Assembly (NCBI GenBank): GCA_937982115.1
Contig: CALJNE010000019.1
Coordinates: forward strand, 20,084 to 84,083
Direction: 5' to 3'
Source of the DNA: an uncultured Bacteroidales bacterium
GTDB lineage: Bacteria; Bacteroidota; Bacteroidia; Bacteroidales; ML635J-15
DNA: 64,000 nt
Program-made: the position numbers and the translations under genes
Part shown: one piece after another, positions 58,296 through 64,000 of the stretch
Layout of the letters: each line of letters starts with the position of its first letter
Position numbering within the stretch: the first letter of the stretch is position 1
The notes under the pieces: model-generated
What the model was told of the DNA's origin: nothing
What the model saw: the letters and a program-made list of their open reading frames with translations, nothing else
Databases searched by the model: none

Positions 58296-60200
58296 ATGAA
58301 AAGATTAAAAGCATTTATCCTTTTAATATCAATAATTTTTGTTCAGAATTTAGCTGCCCAACAATCAGATATTCATCTTTTAGATGAAGTAGAGGTTATT
58401 AGCACTCGTAATAAAAGTTTATTAAAAAACAGCCCTGAGATAATTAGGATAGTAACAAAGGAAGAAATATCGGAATTAAAGGCAAATACATTGGGAGAGG
58501 TTCTGGAATATGTGTCGGGAGTAAATATTGAAACCGGTACGGGGGGTGGTTTTCCAAAAAGAGCTGTGGCAAGTTTAAACGGATTCCCTGCTCCATATAC
58601 TCTTGTTTTACTTAATGGAACAAGAATTCTTTCCGATCATATTCATACGGGTCAAAATATTAATTTTATTCCTGTAGAATCAATCGAAAGAATAGAAGTA
58701 ATAAGAAGTTCTGCTTCGGCACAATACGGGAGTGACGCTATTGCTGGAGTTGTTAACATAATTACGAAAGATGCAGGTGAAGAATCCGAAGCTGTTTTAT
58801 TTGGAGAAAATGCCAGTTATAACACACATAAAATCGGATCATCAATAAAAACTCCGATAAATAATAAAGCTGGTATTTATTCTTTTATTGAGTACGATGA
58901 ATCCGATGGAATGAAGTTAATTGAACCGGCCAATCGTATTGACTTGATGGGCTATAAAACACTAATCATATACAACAGAGTAAATGCCGAACCAATAAAA
59001 AATTTCAGAATTGATGCCTGGCTAAATGCTATGAATACTGCTATGGAATGGACAAACGGCATAAATCGAGGTACTCTTTTTATTCCGAATTTGAATTTAG
59101 AATATAAACTAAGTGAAAATCTTTACGTATCCGGAAAAGCTGCTTATACAAAATGGGAATCCGAACGAAATTCAGAATTAAACTCTTTATTTAGACCGGA
59201 ATTATGGATTGTTTATAAAACAAAAACCGGTAGTTTACTAGGTGGAGTAGATTACTTTTTTAATGATTTTGAAAGAAAAGCAGTTAGTAGAAATTCCCTT
59301 TCCGGAATTGGCTCTTACCTGGAATACGAACATAATTTTAATCAAAAATTTATTCTTAATTCAGCGATACGATTTGATTTAATTGGTGATTTAAAACCTG
59401 TATTTACTCCAAAAATCACCGGTCTATATAATTTGAATTCTTTCATGAAAATCAGAGCTGGGGCAAGCAGGGGGTTTCATGCTCCTACTTTGCAGGAAAT
59501 GTACGAAGAAGCTTTCGGACATGGTGGAACTGCATTACGTTTTGGTAATCCAAACCTTAAACCCGAATACTCAACCAGTTATACTATAGGAGCTGATTTA
59601 AGATTTTTCAATAAATTATTTATTTATACAAGTGTTCAATATTCATCTGTAGAAAATATGATTGTTCCTGTATTTGCAGGACCATGGACAGAAGATACCA
59701 CCAAAGATGTATGGAGGCGTGAGAATATACTCAAAGCAGATATAATCCTTGCAGAAATTTCTGCATCCTATCATTTTATCCCTAACTATTCTGTTTATTT
59801 TTCCTACAGTTATTCAGACAATTGGTCAAGAGATAATATGGTACAGAAACTTCCATATAATGCAGGTCAGGGAATAACTATAAAACTTAACGGGAAACAA
59901 AGTTTAGGTAAATCAATTTCATTAAATCAATTTATCAGTCTAAATACAGCACATGGTCGTAGTGCCTGGAAATGGTCTCCTGCATCAGGTAATCCCCATG
60001 ACGACCTTACGGGTAGAATTATTGAACTCAATGATTTTCAAAAAATTGATGCAGGTATTGGGATAACTTTCAACAACAAGTATCAATTCTATTTTAACAT
60101 GTATAATATTCTCGGACAAGAAATTCAATACCTCGACGATGCACTGTTTACATTATACGGAGAACCTACCTATAAATTTGGTTTAAAAATAAAATTATAA
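58296..60200 (+). CDS. TonB-dependent receptor (small, ~630 aa, no SusD partner)
   Basis: Plug-domain strings DEVEVISTR, IERIEVIRSSASAQYGSDAIAGVVNIITK, and a beta-barrel C-terminal region. Confidence 0.8.
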   Translation: MKRLKAFILLISIIFVQNLAAQQSDIHLLDEVEVISTRNKSLLKNSPEIIRIVTKEEISELKANTLGEVLEYVSGVNIETGTGGGFPKRAVASLNGFPAPYTLVLLNGTRILSDHIHTGQNINFIPVESIERIEVIRSSASAQYGSDAIAGVVNIITKDAGEESEAVLFGENASYNTHKIGSSIKTPINNKAGIYSFIEYDESDGMKLIEPANRIDLMGYKTLIIYNRVNAEPIKNFRIDAWLNAMNTAMEWTNGINRGTLFIPNLNLEYKLSENLYVSGKAAYTKWESERNSELNSLFRPELWIVYKTKTGSLLGGVDYFFNDFERKAVSRNSLSGIGSYLEYEHNFNQKFILNSAIRFDLIGDLKPVFTPKITGLYNLNSFMKIRAGASRGFHAPTLQEMYEEAFGHGGTALRFGNPNLKPEYSTSYTIGADLRFFNKLFIYTSVQYSSVENMIVPVFAGPWTEDTTKDVWRRENILKADIILAEISASYHFIPNYSVYFSYSYSDNWSRDNMVQKLPYNAGQGITIKLNGKQSLGKSISLNQFISLNTAHGRSAWKWSPASGNPHDDLTGRIIELNDFQKIDAGIGITFNNKYQFYFNMYNILGQEIQYLDDALFTLYGEPTYKFGLKIKL

Positions 60201-60216
60201 CAACTTCGCTAAACAC

Positions 60217-60247
60217 AAAAAGGCTGCCTGAAAAGACAGCCTTTTTT
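60217..60247. terminator. bidirectional rho-independent terminator between the TonB-dependent receptor gene (+) and rpmE2 (-)
   Basis: aaaa-aggctg-cctgaaaaga-cagcct-ttttt. Confidence 0.7.
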
Positions 60248-60269
60248 ATTAGTTATAAGAATAAAATTC

Positions 60270-60536
60270 TTATTCGTCTTTTTTGTTTTCGTAACGTTTT
60301 TGATAACGATTGCGGAATTTGTCAACACGACCTGTTGAGTCAACCAATTTCATCTTACCAGTATAAAATGGATGTGAGGTGTTTGATATTTCAAGTTTAT
60401 AAAGAGGATATTCAACACCGTCAATCACAATAGTTTCTTTTGTTCTGCAAGTTGACTTTGTAATAAACACGTGGTCATTCGACATATCTTTAAACGCGAC
60501 CAAACGATAACTTTCCGGATGTATGCCTTTTTTCAT
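60270..60536 (-). CDS. rpmE2: 50S ribosomal protein L31, type B (no CxxC zinc motif)
   Basis: MKKGIHPESYRLVAFKDMSNDHVFITKST...HPFYTGK, 88 aa. Confidence 0.9.
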   Translation of the reverse strand: MKKGIHPESYRLVAFKDMSNDHVFITKSTCRTKETIVIDGVEYPLYKLEISNTSHPFYTGKMKLVDSTGRVDKFRNRYQKRYENKKDE

Positions 60537-60571
60537 TTCAATATAATTTTAACTGTTACATTTTAGGGCTG

Positions 60572-60579
60572 CAAAGATA
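60572..60579 (-). promoter_or_regulatory. candidate -7 promoter box TATCTTTG for rpmE2
   Basis: The minus strand reads tatctttg, about 35 nt upstream of the ATG at 60536. Confidence 0.35.
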
Positions 60580-60644
60580 AATAATAGTTTTATTAACTCC
60601 AAATAATTTAATCCAAAAATTTTCTGGTAATTTGTATTAGTAAC

Positions 60645-61985
60645 TTAATTTTTTACAATTTTATAATTGAATACTTTATCTTTTTGAAGTATTTTTAAAA
60701 TGTAAATCCCAGATTTTAATTCAGATATATCTAATAAAAATTCAGAATAATCTGGATAAATAATAAGTTTATCCTGTAATTTTCCTTCAGATGAGTAGAT
60801 TTCAACAAAAATTGGATTTAATTCTGTTTTTTGAGATTTAATAATTATAAAATCTATAATAGGATTATGAATTATCGAAAAAGGATTTTGTAAATCATTA
60901 TTTATGATATATGTTGTTGACGATTCCTGAAAATTAGCTGTAATTATTCTGTTATTCTGGGCTATAAAACTTAATATTGGATTTGATGAAATCTCAAAAT
61001 CATTTTCAGTCCAGTTGTAAAATAAAAAACCTTCTTCTGGAGTTGCCATTAGATTAACTTCTTCACCTACCAGATAATCACCGGAACCAGTTACGATACC
61101 GGAAAATGGAGGATTCACTAAAACAGATATTTGAACACTTTCAGCTTGTTGCATATCATTCAATACCCATACAGGTCCGTAAGGATCGCCTCCATACATA
61201 ATTATTCCATTCGAAGAATTTCCATATAATAAAGCATTATCGTACAATATATTTCCTGTACCTTCGTCAAAATGATATAAAGCCATGGTAAATTCATCGT
61301 CTGATAGCACAATCTGGGGATTATAGTCAGAAGAATATCTGATTATATTAGAAATTCTTAACTCATCCAAAATTCCATTAAATGAAGGATAATTACTATT
61401 ATCATAATCATGTTTTTCAGCTCCTAAAACGATATAAGGGTCGTTAGGCCAAGTATGTTCTCTATCGTTTCTGTAACTAATATCTCCAGTTACGTTTGTA
61501 ACAACGCTTTTGTCAAGGATACCATCAACAAAAACTTGTAAAAGTCCATAATTAGAATCCCTAGTTAAAGCTATATAATGCCAATTTCCATCTGCAACAA
61601 AAGCTTCTGAAATGATAGTATAGGAATTAAATCCGTTATTAACACCAAAAGCAATTTTGCCATTTACTAATGAAATTCCGTAATCGCCATAGTCACCAGC
61701 CCCAAATATATCTCTATCAATAATTACGTGCCCCAATGTCCAGTCATCGTTTTCTCCTTGATTTGCAATATAACCTAAAGGATTATCTGCTATATTTGCT
61801 TTCATTTGAAACTCAATGGTAAAACTGTAACCTACATCAGCATTTTTGTGAGGGTTGTCAATTGGGATTTTTACTCTGTCAATATCTCCCTGTCCGTTTC
61901 CGAAAAATCGTAAAGCAAAGTTTTGCGATAAAGTAATGTTTATCACAACTAACAATTCTAAACAAATAATAATCTTTTTAAACAT
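60645..61985 (-). CDS. LamG (concanavalin-A-like lectin) domain protein with a T9SS CTD
   Basis: WHYIALTRD...LQVFVDG...ILDELRISN LamG pattern. C-terminus ...GIYILKILQKDKVFNYKIVKN. Confidence 0.7.
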   Translation of the reverse strand: MFKKIIICLELLVVINITLSQNFALRFFGNGQGDIDRVKIPIDNPHKNADVGYSFTIEFQMKANIADNPLGYIANQGENDDWTLGHVIIDRDIFGAGDYGDYGISLVNGKIAFGVNNGFNSYTIISEAFVADGNWHYIALTRDSNYGLLQVFVDGILDKSVVTNVTGDISYRNDREHTWPNDPYIVLGAEKHDYDNSNYPSFNGILDELRISNIIRYSSDYNPQIVLSDDEFTMALYHFDEGTGNILYDNALLYGNSSNGIIMYGGDPYGPVWVLNDMQQAESVQISVLVNPPFSGIVTGSGDYLVGEEVNLMATPEEGFLFYNWTENDFEISSNPILSFIAQNNRIITANFQESSTTYIINNDLQNPFSIIHNPIIDFIIIKSQKTELNPIFVEIYSSEGKLQDKLIIYPDYSEFLLDISELKSGIYILKILQKDKVFNYKIVKN

Positions 61986-62144
61986 AAAAATTAAATTATT
62001 TAATTATATTAACAATGTACTTTTTTTAAATAAGTTCTTTTTAAATTTTAGAAAAATTTATACCCTTAGCTAATTCTGATACAAACTGTTCATACTTTGA
62101 AAATAAAAAATTTTGAATAAATAACATCATTATTAACAACAAAA

Positions 62145-62390
62145 TTATGGATTTGTAAAATTTAACCAAAAAATTAACGAAACCCTTTTCCCATAGGGAT
62201 CTAATACAAATGCTTGGGTAGTATTAAATATTTGCTGAAATCCTAAATTTAGATTTTTATAATGTTCGAGGATTTCTTTCAAAAATGATAAGTTATAAAC
62301 TACTCCAAAATCAAAAATATTTTCATGCGATTTAATATTTTTTCTACTTATTAAAGCTGTTAATAATAGTGTTAGGAATATATTTTTCAT
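62145..62390 (-). CDS. small hypothetical exported protein
   Basis: I chose the ATG at 62390 (MKNIFLTLLLTALIS signal-like N-terminus). No motif recognised. Confidence 0.4.
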   Translation of the reverse strand: MKNIFLTLLLTALISRKNIKSHENIFDFGVVYNLSFLKEILEHYKNLNLGFQQIFNTTQAFVLDPYGKRVSLIFWLNFTNP

Positions 62391-62401
62391 AATACAACTT
62401 A

Positions 62402-62953
62402 CTAATTTGATCTCTCTAAAACCCATTCTTCAAAATAAGATGATGTAATAATATTTCCATCTTCGGCTCCATTAGGAAAAAATAACCACCATTTTTCTTT
62501 ATTTTTATCAATTATTTCTCTATTAAGAGTTAAATGCAAGGACCCCATAGGTATAATCCCCCAAAGAATAATCCTTTTTTCATAACTATCAGGATCGCAA
62601 TATAAATAGTCTCTACCGCTATAATCCATTGGTATAGGATAAAATACTTGAGAAAAATATTTTGCGACATTTGAATTTTTTAAAATTTTTAATTCAACGT
62701 AAAAATAATTAAATGGGTCTGATAAATCATAATTTGCAGGTATTATTTCTACTTCGTAAATATAATTATAAACAGTGTCTGAAATTATTTCGCCTTGATC
62801 ATTAAATTCTACAGCATGAATCTGTGTAATTTTCCATGTCCCTTTTAAATGCTGCATAATTTCCTCTACAATGTATTGAGGATGTGAATATTTTTCCTTA
62901 CATCCAAGTAATGAGCCAAGTGTAATTGCTAATAAGAATAAATATCTTTTCAT
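62402..62953 (-). CDS. hypothetical lipoprotein
   Basis: Lipobox LGSLLGC. 183 aa with no recognisable motif. Confidence 0.5.
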   Translation of the reverse strand: MKRYLFLLAITLGSLLGCKEKYSHPQYIVEEIMQHLKGTWKITQIHAVEFNDQGEIISDTVYNYIYEVEIIPANYDLSDPFNYFYVELKILKNSNVAKYFSQVFYPIPMDYSGRDYLYCDPDSYEKRIILWGIIPMGSLHLTLNREIIDKNKEKWWLFFPNGAEDGNIITSSYFEEWVLERSN

Positions 62954-62964
62954 TAGTACATAAT

Positions 62965-63864
62965 TTAATCATGAACATTTGAAATACCAACTCCTATTTT
63001 CACTGTAAAATGCCATCCTTGAGGATACTTATACAAATTATTATATCCCGTTTCTGGATCGGGAGCAAAAGGAAATTCTTTTCTGAAATATCCATCGCTA
63101 TAAATACCCTGCCCTGTTTGGGTACTATGTAATTTATCGTGTAATGGCAGTAACTGTAGAGTCTGTTCTTCTGATACCTTATCCATATAAAGATAAACAT
63201 ATTTTTGCAATTCAAATACTATATTTACGTACTTTAAATTTATGTTAAAACGTCCGCCAATGTTAAAATTTCCGGTAGAGAAAACAGAATAAATCCCATT
63301 AAAATACCTATCTTCAGCATAACTTATGTATTCATTAAACTTATATTTGTATCCGGAACTAAATTCTCCTTTGTACTGAGTATAACCCCAAACTAATCCA
63401 AATCCAAAAAAACCGGCAATGGGTATAACAATATCAAAATTATATGTATATGTATTCAAATCAACATCAATTACTCTTTGATCACCGTTTAATAAAATTG
63501 AATTAGTACTGCCTTTCAACTTGCTAAAAGTTACTCCTAATGTCATTGACATTATAAAAAACTCAAAACCATGAGAAAAGTTATTTTTAAAATAAAAATC
63601 ATCACCCAAAGGCTTAATTAAATTATTTTTGTTAATCTCATTATAATAGGAAAAGAAATTATTCAATGATTTCCAATAAATCTTTTTATTAAAATTAATT
63701 CCCCCATAATAATATATGCCATAAAAAATATCATCACCCGACAATAGTCGGTTTTTTGTGTTTTTAATTGAATTACCCGAAAGATTGGGAAAATCCAAAA
63801 CATCCCGGGAATTTGCAGAAAAAAAACACATTATAAAAATTGTAAAAAAAACGAAATTTCGCAT
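62965..63864 (-). CDS. hypothetical outer-membrane beta-barrel-like protein
   Basis: Signal peptide. Aromatic/Gly-rich alternating strands ending ...WHFTVKIGVGISNVHD. Confidence 0.45.
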   Translation of the reverse strand: MRNFVFFTIFIMCFFSANSRDVLDFPNLSGNSIKNTKNRLLSGDDIFYGIYYYGGINFNKKIYWKSLNNFFSYYNEINKNNLIKPLGDDFYFKNNFSHGFEFFIMSMTLGVTFSKLKGSTNSILLNGDQRVIDVDLNTYTYNFDIVIPIAGFFGFGLVWGYTQYKGEFSSGYKYKFNEYISYAEDRYFNGIYSVFSTGNFNIGGRFNINLKYVNIVFELQKYVYLYMDKVSEEQTLQLLPLHDKLHSTQTGQGIYSDGYFRKEFPFAPDPETGYNNLYKYPQGWHFTVKIGVGISNVHD

Positions 63865-64000
63865 AAAATGACTTTTATAAAAGTTCGTAAAAAATTTTTA
63901 TTTTATTAACAGTTTATATTATAAATTGTTTAAAAAATTACACCTATTCAATACAAATTATAGTTTAGCTAAAAAGCTTGTTATAAAAAATCAAAACATT

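Noticed and set aside
1-64000. CRISPR arrays, rRNA genes, integrase/recombinase genes and prophage modules
   Set aside because: I saw no array of regularly spaced direct repeats, no rRNA-like conserved strings and no phage or integrase signatures in either the sequence or the ORF translations.

Overview
This is a low-GC chromosomal segment that looks like Bacteroidota. The evidence is at least seven proteins with type IX secretion (T9SS) C-terminal sorting domains, a PorP/SprF gene, TAnnTTTG-type promoter boxes and a Bacteroidota-style ParC. I call about 45 protein genes, one tRNA-Leu(CAA), and no rRNA or CRISPR array. Housekeeping genes include parC (5'-truncated by the window edge), rlmN, kbl, der, lon, rpmE2, dCMP deaminase, an S41 tail-specific protease and mntP.

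Accessory content:
- Large T9SS cargo proteins: a GH18 multidomain protein, an M1 peptidase, a propeller plus MBG-repeat adhesin, and a LamG protein.
- A nitrosative-stress module: an HcpR-like regulator, an Fe-S protein, hcp, a BFD-like protein and two cupins.
- A tightly packed six-gene putative phosphate-scavenging/T9SS operon: OprP-like porin, PAP-like phosphoesterase, PhoD, type-B cargo, PorP/SprF and a TonB-dependent receptor.
- A three-gene envelope cluster: a transglutaminase-like 867-aa protein, a TPR/CsgG-like lipoprotein and an LPP20-like lipoprotein.

Observations most worth a second look:
1. An IS1595-like gene is preceded by three tandem decayed copies of its own 5' end.
2. Two further decayed N-terminal fragments of the same family sit in direct orientation on either side of the hcp operon.
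3. The phosphatase/T9SS operon.
4. An exported nucleoside-hydrolase/FmdE-like fusion.

Three more pseudogenes or gene fragments and several unexplained intergenic repeats and dyads are also reported. All functional calls come from motifs read by eye in the supplied translations. No database search was run.
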